A stretch of DNA of 35,609 bases, from assembly GCA_011525265.1 (NCBI GenBank), contig WTHV01000073.1, positions 1 through 35,609 on the forward strand, written 5' to 3'. The notes beneath the pieces were generated by a model. The model ran no database searches. It was not told the origin of the DNA and saw only the letters and a program-made list of their open reading frames with translations. The position numbers were made by a program, and so were the translations under genes. Positions 20,001 through 27,740 of the stretch are shown one piece after another; within the stretch, counting starts at the first letter, position 1; each line of letters opens with the position of its first letter. The DNA is from Alphaproteobacteria bacterium. GTDB lineage: Bacteria > Pseudomonadota > Alphaproteobacteria > Puniceispirillales > Puniceispirillaceae.

Positions 20001-23000
20001 CAGAGACAGCAGAGACAGAGACACCACGGCGTGTCTCGGTATTGCGTGTTTCTGTTAAGAACAGATCCTTAATATTCTCGAAGGTGAAATTATCATTGAA
20101 ATCAGCAAGTGCGTTGCGTGTTTCATTATCACCACCACCAAAGATACCATCTAGCAAAGGAGATGAGGTATAAGTTGAATCAATTTCAACTTGCATCGCC
20201 TCCTGGCCTTTGGCTGTGATGGTCGCATTATCCAAAATACGGGCTTTGGTTGTGCCCATAAAGACTGCCGCACCAACCGCACCTGCAAGTGCTGTACCAC
20301 CTGATGAGAAGCTGGCCGCAGGCTCTAGCATAAAGATATCTGTATCATCACCAGCATGAATACCAACAGAGCCATCTGTTGTGATCACCGCATCAGAGCC
20401 AAGGTCAGCATAGGTTGTTGATTTAATCAGACCAAATGAGACAGACCCCGCACCTGAGAAACCACCTGTTGAGGCTGCAATACCGACCGTTGTGGCGGTC
20501 AGATTTTGCTCCGTATTGGCGCTCAGCATCACATTATCATCGGCGATGACAGTGCTGTTAATGCCTGCTTTGACATCTTTCCACATCACATTACCGGCAA
20601 GCGCAACACCAACAGAGGTTGAGCTTGAGGCGGCGAGTGTGCCTGTTAAATCAAATAAGGTTGTATTATCGCTGACTGCTACGTCCACACTTTGGGTTGT
20701 GCTTGCGCTATTGAGGGTGCTGTTATCATTAATATCTGCGCCTTCTTGGACAAGCGCATAGCTTTCGCCTTTAATCACATTGGCAGATAGGGCGCCAGAT
20801 ATCGCATTATTCGAAGTTGATACCGCAGCAGAAATAATGCCATTGGTAATTTCTTGGCGGGCATTCACACCCACATTCACATTACCTGCCGCATTAACAG
20901 AGATATCATTGCCATTTGCCGCATTACCAATGATCGCCTTTTTATCTGCTAGGAAGACATTGACCGCCAATGAGCCACCCGCAGAATTACCACCACCTGA
21001 GCCTGAGATGGCAAGGGCAAAATTGCGGATATTCGCATCATGATCTGCATTCACAGAAATATCACCATTTGTGGCTTGGATGACGGCATCTTCGACAATG
21101 CGCGCTTCAACATCACTATCCATCACGTTAAAGCCAAAGGCGCCAGCAAGCGCGAGATCATTGCCTGATACACCACCTGCGGCCATATAGGTTTGCGTTT
21201 CTTGTTCCGCACTTGCCAAGATGGTTACATCACCTGAATTCGCGACAAGGCGTGTGGTTGTATTATCATCACTATCGCCATTATCGCCGACAATCGCTGC
21301 CACATCTTCGCGCAGGTAAATACCGCTAATAGAGGCGCCAATTGCCTTTTTATCTGTTGAAATAGCAACGGCACCAACAAGCTGTTTGGCATCTGATTCA
21401 TTATAGGCCTTTAGCGTTACATCATCAGCTGAAATAACAACACCCTCACCGATGATAGCCTTGGTGCTACCTTTAGAGACTGTCACGGCCAATGACCCTG
21501 TGCCGGCATTACCACCTTGTGCCACACCGCCCGCAATTGCCTCAGCGTAATAAGACGAATTCTGCAAAATCGCTGTGTAATTGGTTGTCAGATAATCTTC
21601 AGTTGTGGTGCTATTATCTTCTGGGTCGAGGGTAAATTCACCTGCCGCTGAGGATAAATCCTCCGCCAAAATCGTCGCATTGTCACCTGCTGTGATGGTT
21701 GAATCCTCACCTATCTCAGCTTTGTTTGTATCAACCACAACATTCACAGCAATAGACGCACCAACGGCTGTTTTATCACCACCATCACCGCCACAATTAC
21801 CTGGATCATCACAGGTAACATCAGATGCCACAGCAATGGCCCATGCACGATTGACAATCTTGTTTGTCGCGGTTGATTTCACCGTGACCTCGCCAGGGGC
21901 TGTAATCGTAACGCCGCGCCCAACAAGTGCTGATTGCGTATCTGTTGACACAACAAGACCAAGCGCACCAGCAACGCCAAGCTCACCACCACCTGCACCA
22001 GCAATACCCTCAGCAGACGCAAAAGAGCGGAAGCTGTTATTATCTGAATCTATGCCTTGATTTTCTGACGTGCTTGCCAAAATAGTGACATCACCACTGC
22101 TTTGTGAATTGGTAATAGTCACCCCATCACCAACCTCAGCTTTGGTGGTCTGGCCTGTCTTAAGCAAGCCAACACCCACCCCAATTGACTGATCAGCAAA
22201 GACAGACATGCCTGAGCCGCGTGTGCGGTAATTTGAGTCATTATGCGCCTGAAGCGCGAAATCATCGCCAACCGTAATGCTGAGATTATCAGCCGTTGTG
22301 GCTCTTGCGGCATGCTCTGACCAATTTACAGCAACTGAGGCGGCAATATTGATAGACCCTGATTGCTGTGCCTCACCGCCAGATGTCTGACCCGTTGCGG
22401 CATCAGAGCCTGTTGTATCGAAAGACGCCCCATCACCACCTGTGAAACCACCATTTAGCGCCTCTAATGACGTAGGCTTATTATTCACATCAGCAATTTG
22501 ATTTGTGCTTTGTGTCAGCTGATCTGTGGTCTTACCAATTTTACTGGCATATTTATCAACCACCGCACCAGCGGCCACCGCATCTGCCAGAGCAATATCT
22601 TGGCTATCAGCACGCGCACTCAAGCTAAAGCCGCCTGTTGTCGAAAGGTCACGATTAAGACGCGTATCGACATTTTCTAGCGCCACCCCAACCGCAACAG
22701 ATGCCCCCACAGCAGTCTCACTTGCTGTGACCTCACCCTTGGCAGTCGAAATCGTTTTGGTGATAGCAGATGAGGCAATGGTGATATTATCTGTGGCATT
22801 AATCGCAGAGCCAGTGCCAACATAAGCATCAACATCTTTTAGCAAAATACCAACTGATACCGCCGCATCCAATGATGTTTTCGCATCATCACCACCTGCC
22901 TCACTTGGCTTTGCACCAGCAAAAGCAGATGTCTTTGTTGTTGTCTCAGCTGTAGCTGTGACAGATACAGCGCCTGTGTTACTGCCAAGCAAATCAGCAT

Positions 23001-26000
23001 CATTATCAAGAACGGCTTGGGTCTTTTCAGCTACAATGATATTCAGCGCAATACCTGCACCAACACCAACGCCGCCTTCAGACTCCTCCTCATCATCGCC
23101 GCCGCCATCACTATCAGATTGAGTCGCATTATCGACGCTTTCTTCGATATCGTCTTTGGTTGCTGCTAATGAAAAAGCGCCATCTTGCTTGAACATTTTC
23201 ATGTCCTTCAATGCGCGCAGCTCTTTTGTTACCCCAGACCAAAGCCCCTTCACCTCGCCCACAGTTGCCTTTGAATTGGCATCATATTTGCTTTTGGCAC
23301 CTGCCACGATTAGCACATCACCAGAGGCGGTGACATCCGTGCCAGAATTGATAATAGCTTTGGTGTTATTCTTTAGAACGATATTCAAGCCAACTGCACC
23401 AGCAAGCGCAAATTCGCCTGTGCCAACACCTGCCACCGCATCAGCGTAAATCACATTGGTGCTATCAGTTGTGTTATCCTCTTTGACCTTATCAAGCATG
23501 GCCGCACGCACGGTCAAATCGCCAGAGGTAATGGTGACATTATCACCGACCTCAGCGATATTTTCATTATCGACAATATTCAAGCCAACACCGCCGCCAA
23601 TATTATAATCACCATCTGTTGCAGAGGCATCAGCATCAGCAGAGAAATCAGCATTACTCAAGCTTTGCACTGTAACAGCGCCAGAGCCGGCATTTAAGGT
23701 CACCCCATCTGCGAGTGAGGCTGTGGCATCAGATTCGGTATAGGTCACACCCATTGCCGCACCGACTGTGATCTTTGAGCTAGATTCATCCTCGCCATCA
23801 CCACCAATGGCATCATCGGCATCGGTGCTTTGGGCAAAATCATAACTTGTGACACTGTCACCTGGTTCTACGACAGTGGCGATAGAGGCGTTATTTGTAG
23901 CGCCATCAGTATCAGATGACATTTGTGATGAGAAATCATAAGTGGTCGCATCATCATCTGAGTCAGACGTATAACCTGCAATCACAGATGAGCCTGCGGC
24001 AGACGCATCTTCTGTGCTGTTATTACTCGCATTATCAGGCGTGCTATCATCTGAATCACTATCGCTGCTATCATCATCTGAGGCTATTTTCGCAGATGAT
24101 TTTGCCGCCGCATTAATCTGCTTATAGGTCGAGGCGGTAACAGTGATATCACCGCCATTTGTTGAAACATCACGCTGAATTTCGGCTGTGTTACTGTCAA
24201 GGGCGACAGTGACAGCGGCCGAAATACCAATCGCGGCATTGCCATCTGAATTCGCTTGTGCCGTGCCATCAGCGGTAGCGGCAGATTTCAATGTTTGGGT
24301 TGATGAGACACGCACACCGCTTTGTGTTACAATGCCGCTCGCAGATTGTTCGATAATGGCACGCGCTGTATTACGCGCGGCTGTTACGGCCGCAAGTGGG
24401 GCAATTGAAATGGAACCTGCACCAGCACCTTTGGCTTCTGATTCTGTCGCTGAGCTCTGAATAGCGGCAATGCTGATATTATCTGGATTATCACTTCCTG
24501 TGAAACGTGCGCCGCCTTCGAAAATAGCCTCAACATCATTTTTATGTGTCGCAACAGCTATCGAAGCGCCAACGCCCAATCCACCACCATCATTGAGATC
24601 AAGCTCTGAATCTGTTTCAGATGAGTTATCACTATTGAGGGATTTAAATAATCGGCCAGATACCAAACCCGCCTTATCCGTTCCATCAGCAATGACCTTT
24701 ACCTCAGTATCATTTTGCGCTGTCAAGGTGAGGTCTTCATCCAAATCAAGTGTGGTATTATCACCAATGCGCGCGGTGGTATCATTCACTTCATTAATGC
24801 CAACAGCAATCGCACCCGCAATGCCGACACCATTATCACCGCCGCCTTGGCCAACACCAGAAATGCCATAAACAGATGAACGGCTCTGATTATCCATCTC
24901 GCCTGTGTAAGAGGTTGTTGTAGCTGTGACATTTAAATTATCTGCAGTCACAAGCACATTGGCATTCGCGCCACCATCAATCTGGCTTGTTAAGGTGCTT
25001 TCGAAAATTTGGATACCAATACCGGCCTGTCCCCCAAAGGACGCATTATCTGTGCGCCCCGAAGCAACAGACTGTGCTTGTGAGACAGCTTGTGCGGCCA
25101 CTGTCACATCATCGCCTGTGATTTCTGGCGCATCTGCTATGCTTGTGTTTGAGACGCCAATTGTGGTGTCTGTGTTATTGGTGATCTCGGCATAGGTAAC
25201 AGCGCCGCCTAGCTGGAAATTAGTGTCACTCTCTGGGCCAAATGAATCTGGCACCACATCAAGCATATCTTGGAAATTCGACTTCAGCGCATCTTGCAAA
25301 TTATAGCCAAGAAAATCGACATCCAACGCATCGGTATCATCCACACCTGCATCAAACTTTGATGTGACAGTCTCGGTAAAATTATCATCTTGGGTCGCGC
25401 GTGCCGCTGTAAGGGCAGATAATTCTGAATCAGCTAGGATGGCAATATCGCCAGAGGCTGTGATGCTCGCATTATCCAAAACAGAGGTTGAGGTATTATC
25501 ATTAATGATAGCCACACCAACCGCAATTTGACCTGAACTACCTGAAATACCAAACGCAGATGAATCAGCCACTGTTGTGATATTGGTTCTTGTACGCGTG
25601 CGCAACATGACATCATTGGCTGTGATGGCCGTATTGTCACCCATCTGCACAATAGCCTGATTATCAATCGCAGAAAAAGCCCCTGTAAAGGCAATGCCAA
25701 CTGATTGAGCGGTCGCTGTCACTGTTGATAGAGTCACGGCCTCTGCGGTGACATCTACATCACCTGTTGTAGCGGTGAGGGCTGTATCATCAGATAGCGT
25801 AATCGATGATTTAGAGGTCGTCACAGCCACAGAGACATCTGCCGGCAAGAGGCTAGCAAGATTTGCCCAGCCTTGTTTTGACAGGTCAGTGTTAATTTCT
25901 GAACGGCTATTTAAAATAATCGTATCATTCGCTGTTACGTCAGAGCCATCAATCACGATATTTGAAATGGCATCACGTGCATCAAATTGCACAAGCACGC

Positions 26001-27705
26001 CCCCTGAATAGCCAGGTGCTTTTTGCTCTGCCACGGCTGAGAGGGTGATATTATCACTTGCGGTGATTGTGCTTGATGATAGCACAGAGATTTCCGCATT
26101 TGCTTGGGCGGTTGGGTTATCATAGGCCCCATCAGGGTCAAATCTGGCATAAGCATCAAGGGTCACATTGCCGCCTGTCAGGCTCGTGCCAGTTAAGGTG
26201 ATAGAAGCATTATCCCTGTCATCTACATCAATAAGAATAGCGCCTGCCTCACCAGAGCCGCTCGCACTGGCATTGATTTCAGCCCCGTCATTGGCAATCA
26301 CAATACGACCATCAAGGGTGATATCACCCGCATTATAGGTGCCTGTTGATCGGCTTGTAAGAAGCGCGCCTGCGCCAAGCGTGATATTATCTGATTGCAA
26401 GATGATATTACCTGAATCAGCAATAGAGTTTGCTGTGCGGTGCGCTGAGGCATCACCTGCCGCACTCACGCGGCGGCTTGAAACCGTAATATTATCTGAG
26501 ATAGTAATGCTGTTTGAGGCTTGTAAGGTAAGCGCGCCCGCATTCCAGCTTGTGTTATTATCAGCATCCGCTGAGCCGCCATCTGTTGTGGCATCACGTA
26601 ATAAATCAGCCGAAATCACAATATCTTCTGGGTCAATTAGCACCGCACCATCTGTGCCATCTTGAGCCGCCGCAGATAAAGTACCACCTGCTAGCTCCAC
26701 AAGACGTTGTGCTGAAAATTCAACAAAGCCGCCATCACCTGACGTACCACCATCCGCAGATAGGCGCGCACCGCGGCCTAAAATCGCGGCATCATCGGCA
26801 AAGGTAATCACCGTGCCACCATCACTATTGACGCCCTGACCATCTGCAGAGAGATCAGCGCCATCCGTGATTGCGATATCATCACCAGCGCGCACATCAA
26901 TCATTCCGGCATCACGATTATCCGTGCCATCTGCGCCAAGGCGGCCAGCAAGCATGACATCATCATCAGCCACAATGCTGATACCGGCTTCGATATTGGA
27001 CATATCAATAACGGCGCCGCCAAGGCCGCCTTCATTCATATTCACCAAATTTTCAATAGCAACAACGCCATTTTGGCCTGTTTCAACAATGCCTGTTACG
27101 GTGACATCATTGGCAGAAATTGCGACATTATTTGTGGCATTCACCGTGCCTCTGACTGCGATAAGGCCATGAGATGATAGGGGTATATCACTATCTTGGA
27201 CGCGCGTGACTTGCGGTGCGCTTATCATGCCATTCGCACCAAACATATTTGTCATGAAATCTTGTGTCGGCGTTATCAGCTTGGCAGAGCCAACATTCAT
27301 CACACCTGTCTTACCAACCACAACACCATGCGGATTCAAGAAAAAGACATCACCGCCAATTTTCCCATCCTTATAGGCATTCAGGTAACCATCAATCACA
27401 GTTTGCTGGTTATGAACCATATTCATCAGGGCCGTGGCCCCATCTGGCAAAAACAGATTTACCTCATTACCCTCATAGACATTGAAGATGGAAAATGAGT
27501 TAAAACCCGTATGTCCAAGGACAGTGCTTGTGTAGACATCTGTCACATTCTGGTTGATGACAAGGTTCGTATTTGTGCGCCCATCAAGGACAATTTGCGC
27601 ATCTGATGACTGCGCAATCGCATAGGGCGGAAACGCAAATTGCAACATACCGGTAAAGTATGTTGCAATTCGAAACCCTTTTGATTTGCGCCACTCACGA
27701 AACAT
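8011..27705 (-). CDS. giant two-partner-secretion exoprotein (TpsA; filamentous haemagglutinin / LktA-like adhesin class), 6,564 aa
   Basis: This is a single open frame of 19,695 nt. The N-terminus MFREWRKSKGFRIATYFTGMLQFAFPPYAIA/Q looks like a signal peptide. TPS-domain motifs follow (GFNSFSIFNVYEGNEVNLF, GGDVFFLNPHGVVVG). A TpsB gene lies upstream on the same strand. Confidence 0.9.
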   Translation of the reverse strand: MFREWRKSKGFRIATYFTGMLQFAFPPYAIAQSSDAQIVLDGRTNTNLVINQNVTDVYTSTVLGHTGFNSFSIFNVYEGNEVNLFLPDGATALMNMVHNQQTVIDGYLNAYKDGKIGGDVFFLNPHGVVVGKTGVMNVGSAKLITPTQDFMTNMFGANGMISAPQVTRVQDSDIPLSSHGLIAVRGTVNATNNVAISANDVTVTGIVETGQNGVVAIENLVNMNEGGLGGAVIDMSNIEAGISIVADDDVMLAGRLGADGTDNRDAGMIDVRAGDDIAITDGADLSADGQGVNSDGGTVITFADDAAILGRGARLSADGGTSGDGGFVEFSAQRLVELAGGTLSAAAQDGTDGAVLIDPEDIVISADLLRDATTDGGSADADNNTSWNAGALTLQASNSITISDNITVSSRRVSAAGDASAHRTANSIADSGNIILQSDNITLGAGALLTSRSTGTYNAGDITLDGRIVIANDGAEINASASGSGEAGAILIDVDDRDNASITLTGTSLTGGNVTLDAYARFDPDGAYDNPTAQANAEISVLSSSTITASDNITLSAVAEQKAPGYSGGVLVQFDARDAISNIVIDGSDVTANDTIILNSRSEINTDLSKQGWANLASLLPADVSVAVTTSKSSITLSDDTALTATTGDVDVTAEAVTLSTVTATAQSVGIAFTGAFSAIDNQAIVQMGDNTAITANDVMLRTRTRTNITTVADSSAFGISGSSGQIAVGVAIINDNTSTSVLDNASITASGDIAILADSELSALTAARATQDDNFTETVTSKFDAGVDDTDALDVDFLGYNLQDALKSNFQDMLDVVPDSFGPESDTNFQLGGAVTYAEITNNTDTTIGVSNTSIADAPEITGDDVTVAAQAVSQAQSVASGRTDNASFGGQAGIGIQIFESTLTSQIDGGANANVLVTADNLNVTATTTSYTGEMDNQSRSSVYGISGVGQGGGDNGVGIAGAIAVGINEVNDTTARIGDNTTLDLDEDLTLTAQNDTEVKVIADGTDKAGLVSGRLFKSLNSDNSSETDSELDLNDGGGLGVGASIAVATHKNDVEAIFEGGARFTGSDNPDNISIAAIQSSATESEAKGAGAGSISIAPLAAVTAARNTARAIIEQSASGIVTQSGVRVSSTQTLKSAATADGTAQANSDGNAAIGISAAVTVALDSNTAEIQRDVSTNGGDITVTASTYKQINAAAKSSAKIASDDDSSDSDSDDSTPDNASNNSTEDASAAGSSVIAGYTSDSDDDATTYDFSSQMSSDTDGATNNASIATVVEPGDSVTSYDFAQSTDADDAIGGDGEDESSSKITVGAAMGVTYTESDATASLADGVTLNAGSGAVTVQSLSNADFSADADASATDGDYNIGGGVGLNIVDNENIAEVGDNVTITSGDLTVRAAMLDKVKEDNTTDSTNVIYADAVAGVGTGEFALAGAVGLNIVLKNNTKAIINSGTDVTASGDVLIVAGAKSKYDANSKATVGEVKGLWSGVTKELRALKDMKMFKQDGAFSLAATKDDIEESVDNATQSDSDGGGDDEEESEGGVGVGAGIALNIIVAEKTQAVLDNDADLLGSNTGAVSVTATAETTTKTSAFAGAKPSEAGGDDAKTSLDAAVSVGILLKDVDAYVGTGSAINATDNITIASSAITKTISTAKGEVTASETAVGASVAVGVALENVDTRLNRDLSTTGGFSLSARADSQDIALADAVAAGAVVDKYASKIGKTTDQLTQSTNQIADVNNKPTSLEALNGGFTGGDGASFDTTGSDAATGQTSGGEAQQSGSINIAASVAVNWSEHAARATTADNLSITVGDDFALQAHNDSNYRTRGSGMSVFADQSIGVGVGLLKTGQTTKAEVGDGVTITNSQSSGDVTILASTSENQGIDSDNNSFRSFASAEGIAGAGGGELGVAGALGLVVSTDTQSALVGRGVTITAPGEVTVKSTATNKIVNRAWAIAVASDVTCDDPGNCGGDGGDKTAVGASIAVNVVVDTNKAEIGEDSTITAGDNATILAEDLSSAAGEFTLDPEDNSTTTEDYLTTNYTAILQNSSYYAEAIAGGVAQGGNAGTGSLAVTVSKGSTKAIIGEGVVISADDVTLKAYNESDAKQLVGAVAISTDKKAIGASISGIYLREDVAAIVGDNGDSDDNTTTRLVANSGDVTILASAEQETQTYMAAGGVSGNDLALAGAFGFNVMDSDVEARIVEDAVIQATNGDISVNADHDANIRNFALAISGSGGGNSAGGSLAVNVFLADKKAIIGNAANGNDISVNAAGNVNVGVNARQEITNGIISAAVSTSNNAISGALSANVIKGESYALVQEGADINDNSTLNSASTTQSVDVAVSDNTTLFDLTGTLAASSSTSVGVALAGNVMWKDVKAGINSTVIADDNVMLSANTEQNLTATTVGIAASTGGFSGAGSVSFGLIKSTTYADLGSDAVITTDGSVGIHAGDDTDIFMLEPAASFSSGGTALAGAVGAAVFMGTTKARILDNATITAKGQEAMQVEIDSTYTSSPLLDGIFGGGDNETRNALADFNDNFTFENIKDLFLTETRNTETRRGVSVSAVSDQDVISIAASGAVSSDSAIAISLSAGVGINTTEASIGDGATINATNTSPHSDQDVTVRAISDTYWVDLSAALGVGTGSAGVGVGADVVVQVKNTDAYIAENAIVKANRDVIVEANARDKVINSAATIGVGSTAGVAGTASVGVIVNDTNARIDGDVRAENDVAVDANATSELIQIAGAVGGGGTAGIGASFGVAVVKGTTTAIIGNTAQVDAVGTTSVTADSTENSVAAVLAGGIGGTVGVSVSAGIKVHDSTTKAEILGGVNQRYDNASYTTQDVAVRATNSVTTIDVIGGIGGGGTVGVGVSLNALVVHNKAQASIQGVVSAVRDISVEADSAKSTKNFTLAGAAGGTVSVAGNVAVILVGAQADEETDEQMTGSGDNNLADEADSRNNALIVSNIINDNESDGDYARTGNEFSEVASTIDSKQAETNIGTRFNNEDNTSSLNQTKAFIASSAIVNAGRDLTVEAEDTTETIFTAGAIGGAGVVGVGVTVGVVLVNNTAQAYVGDDAEVNASRNMLIRARTSESVNSGALSAGGAGITSVQGVVMAQKTTSKTHAFIGDNASVNQSDNDSAQNVAVLAESDTDLLSVSGSGGGALVGVGITGDSVVLDKETKAFIDDNARVSSEGDITVDADAETDIIQVALSINGGLVGVTGSAGVVVAKNNTSASIGDNAVIFARDSIRLESKDDIEIDGIVVAGSGGAVGVSGAFGVYVVKSENRAEIGDNATITALAQGSGLDAATGTVDNSSTSIVTKSTRDQDNNSKEDNFTQVALSFDTQNASGLSIAAVTSEDMNFAPVGLGFGAVGVAGTVAVTTSSSTTEALVGAGTVINQDNDDGASDQDVRLLAASNTLLNNISSGISAGAAAVSLDSDTQVFAKTVRARMLGDAYAKRDVSVEAKTDDTILQTMVSIAVGGNGQGGIVGVSVVNNTVTAEIGDNTTVEAGDDLTVKTDSDIAMIQTAGNVAGGAGGGIGASLGVLVAKSTNTARIGDGANVTARDDLLVEANSDTSINQNIIGFSGGMGLALTGSVGINILKTSTIAEIGDDALINQASGYSDGATQTVRVAANDNVTTQGAAGAAAIGGAAGVGLGLVATVTRNTVQAKIGDDVVLTANDDVSVDANSRKDISNQGIAFAGGVGLGAAGSVALTLIGGGMSDNASDSLTNDNGNMLADAEANASKDRGEYETDNDSANAMTNTRAYTEDDDAEANQLAMAQTSGIQSDVEGTDGDSTLAEIGSNVTIIAGGDVSVEATETLELSQISGGAAIGAVGVGGFVAVADYAGSVTSRIGSNTSIDNTTGVTVDAAILSGDGISIDLPDDDSVSVEGVHSVVVGASVGLVGLAASIAQVNLEENARAEIGDNVTINTASNTADITVSSDRDIDAEVLVAAVAGGIAAAGISVVDINTSGDSLAVVGANTQFGTNDNRTGDVLITARNDSSHQAKAVSAGLGYAGALVGAFVNISDEGETKASIGTNSAIYSNRSVQITSYENTSNDVDAVGVAVAAGVGLSGVFTEVDVTRDSEVELYDNVTITGDDVTISAQAGDGALEAANNYTIAGAGGALVGANATVSDTDIDVDTSVNIGTNSTITDAGSTAITTNNRTRSQSRTTGLSVGLAAIGANFSYLDDTSDSQIAIGGGVTIETGEHLTVQATSAKNAKTDTVAGAGGAIAATGGEAQTTNTAITRVAFANSTSGNRATLSATDNATIKALNEDQFDHAIDASNVGGVSVSAGLGVSTGSSDLDVTLGDNLDLSATNIVINASNKMAKKGVNDPNFAVRGGGAIAVALGTSRANLTQNTDVTIGEFSTITGTGTSAARGLTQITAFSGLEIDDEAETNVGGAISVPRSDSMATGVANSTIRFEDNASLTTSWSDAVIETQSAPLVDVRAFTSTYGLVGAGAEARAVANITKTDRVIFETNSGTEIDGTLDVYSGRLATAYYQEHTIDTESRIWNNTAIPIDSGRQSDITFTNNATIAVQSGAALKSTKDTQLMATRLQAAETLGLDRDYLLVKSYGEAKNLYQAAGESITGGNYSDFYGSETTTGSAGVTIEGTVETGIKKDVSVTINAALSDYYVDDNGTTQRYTIQFDNESENPSNQWVLIDQRIVDQNIVFEADGDNDSRISPIVGYLNDNITVENASWTIDPEVDFAANVRAEIAALKEVLNAYTEGSIEQDESVDNGTDTTTVTTSSSYTTDQLSEMRNEVQSRITVLESSIALYGSEPVPVIKISDIEAATGNVKVVSDYLAGSGTINTPSGETVTITNNSPIALVVNDIDIPDVGGGNIIFNGVTVTTGAEVDTINLNNVPNGQTQGLTLISGENSADPSVTINNNFDSANAAYNPDSISDITAPAIALRTESTDGYGGIRNIRGTVTVNNETGSIFSQASIAAGTVDISSGGNYVFDADVNVFHVGGDPRTNTAFSSPTGGSTSDTISDYNNGNGVNTISEMDNRAFTGGCDPLRKEITGLTYADGYSATSVLIATLLNQPTSHMYAPTFTTHASNCGGEFASASNTNSSSVIAASNDVFISANNLNINGLVQAGITNKSITVSQSEVDSALSANPTANIVTVKSVNKTLEGSIVGSNDNRYVSGDIKLKYDREKEELFVTTADVKGGNLTVAGRIISTGNGKLVAADGYGQISITNNSDKKLSLSNLSTGGMEGKITIVDSLRDNGLGSSLITEYTRNAGTLTVTNNQGSSSVDNVVSNPQSSYSPESGARFNFMSGQQTVDRETNYRTKTTKRLWGVSAFDVGNDFWSGQAIDNTETQSLSGEQLPEGDYILVDTSDSSDYTFKADQIETERTLVLDESGTDRCWWGGFLNMVRYCRYYNTTAFVVGSLRYNYHSLRADNDIAIGFSGNEDGGSISVTSNGGVVISGQIDNANGTTSITASSGDILNATQTDSISTGNLTLAATSGSIGTAANPIRINQSETDNLTISAGQNVNVASPAGSLYINSINVGGTGAIRLSANQNVELKGSGVLTGHTIDIVAEEGTATSAGGIFRVNTDAENGGTLSIASGGGNINVEETAGDLRINQLITSDNVTITVVNGDLLDGNSEQVDDEIAIADLNALVDQMGLTGTAADSKKDNTIETYQDQVETLYNDYFALRNVSTNSDNETSWDAYDSNFSYTATADQRSALDDNATRIANFEAAQQTRYQAGYEKFGDPTSYNDNFSYSATEDEIASITNGFKWTDDQLNNKIPVIEFKEVADTTLAIESTNVSANNITINVDNGSLGRLTHNFTVDLFSEGNADHDINNLDNTTRLALAAAESEDAQYDNETGIMTISMYEDFDVSASGNVNISADDVVYLGSETNTLIERAEAGGDVRIKMDGNLLNGRDDNNTVVSGQNILLESGKGRIGASDKQFVVDVDNGSTLSGRSRDGIYLTEATGDVNVGSFYSRDAINLISPGAILDNALDTTTDIKGLYVALSAQGAIGQQPADGDSDQLKKNKALDIATINDDNATFTVTSQTDGAWLYTDFDQPMRLTGADLNGDLDMAVASTLKVVGSLDTNGGSVTLRSFEDLNLEGVGGIDTNGAVLNLSSGDNMAISGSVSTGGGDILASVADNFTMAENTSLSTSGGNLEIDADSLADSLGYQNVTIGDGSVIDLGAGRLLIDASDTVTLTGVVTNNTTTDAVTINATSIQDGGNSNADITFGGNGDIRFNVHAYANLNEIDYNGSDALDIYIQGKNAGARAVGTMLGIEAEAGVNVQRLIANSAAFDAPLSNVFTVTEGTIRDDAYISAGAFDARVGRLMDNMLSPNEWLLSQNDAGYFSDGALLQGQRDEDYRCTGAPSFIGNGNAVLDFTFNYNNPQVNCSGTLAFYRLPYVLQVAEQSVEQELNNVIETMRASNTVAINPVSSVRLEQAILSNDRRITLEAPGVAPEQVIAQDAIDMGLSDGALASDFANSFGVRDSSALGVVQVDTDTIIQLGLPVFEQAPISNDILDDEEAEDGEEPVEEANTEDDGTPLAATSVGINTDAPIGPLSLLLN
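14250..25700 (-). repeat. array of ~54-aa (~160-nt) degenerate coding repeats inside the TpsA gene (estimate 60-70 units)
   Basis: The recurrent unit is G-x-[VA]-G-[VI]-x-[GA]-x-x-[GA]-V-x-[VI]-x-x-N-x-T-x-A-x-[IV]-G-D-[ND]-A-x-[VI]-x-A-x-x-[DN]-[VI]-x-[VI]-x-A-x(8-12)-[AG]-G-G. Four consecutive units (54, 58, 53 and 54 aa) lie at ~17940-18600, for example GLVGVTGSAGVVVAKNNTSASIGDNAVIFARDSIRLESKDDIEIDGIVVAGSGG. The complement of the IGD(N/D) codons (atcaccaat / atcgccaat) recurs every ~160-165 nt, for example near 16680, 16868, 17032, 17192, 17828, 17988, 18320 and 18485. The boundaries and copy number were estimated by eye. Confidence 0.7.
26715..27609 (-). other. TPS (haemagglutination-activity / secretion) domain of the TpsA
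   Basis: Residues ~33-330 carry NLVINQNVTDVYT, HTGFNSFSIFNV, VNLFLP, IDGYLNA and VFFLNPHGVVVGKTGVMNVGS. This is the conserved order of TPS-domain motifs, with NPHG in place of the usual NPNG. The boundaries are approximate. Confidence 0.7.
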
Positions 27706-27740
27706 CGCTTTTGGCCTATCCTGTTTTTCGCATAATAAGG

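Noticed and set aside
8173-27498. Dozens of 60-156-aa ORFs lie inside the tpsA gene. On the plus strand they include 14420-14854, 15689-16159, 17366-17803, 21605-22060 and 24470-24871. On the minus strand, off-frame, they include 10401-10724, 11535-11843, 14043-14378 and 14862-15224.
   Set aside because: All lie wholly within the 19.7-kb intact frame. Their products are low-complexity P/T/A/S/L-rich strings, as expected from reading Gly/Ala/Val/Thr/Asp-rich repeats antisense or off-frame. No RBS or family motifs are seen. They are shadow ORFs.
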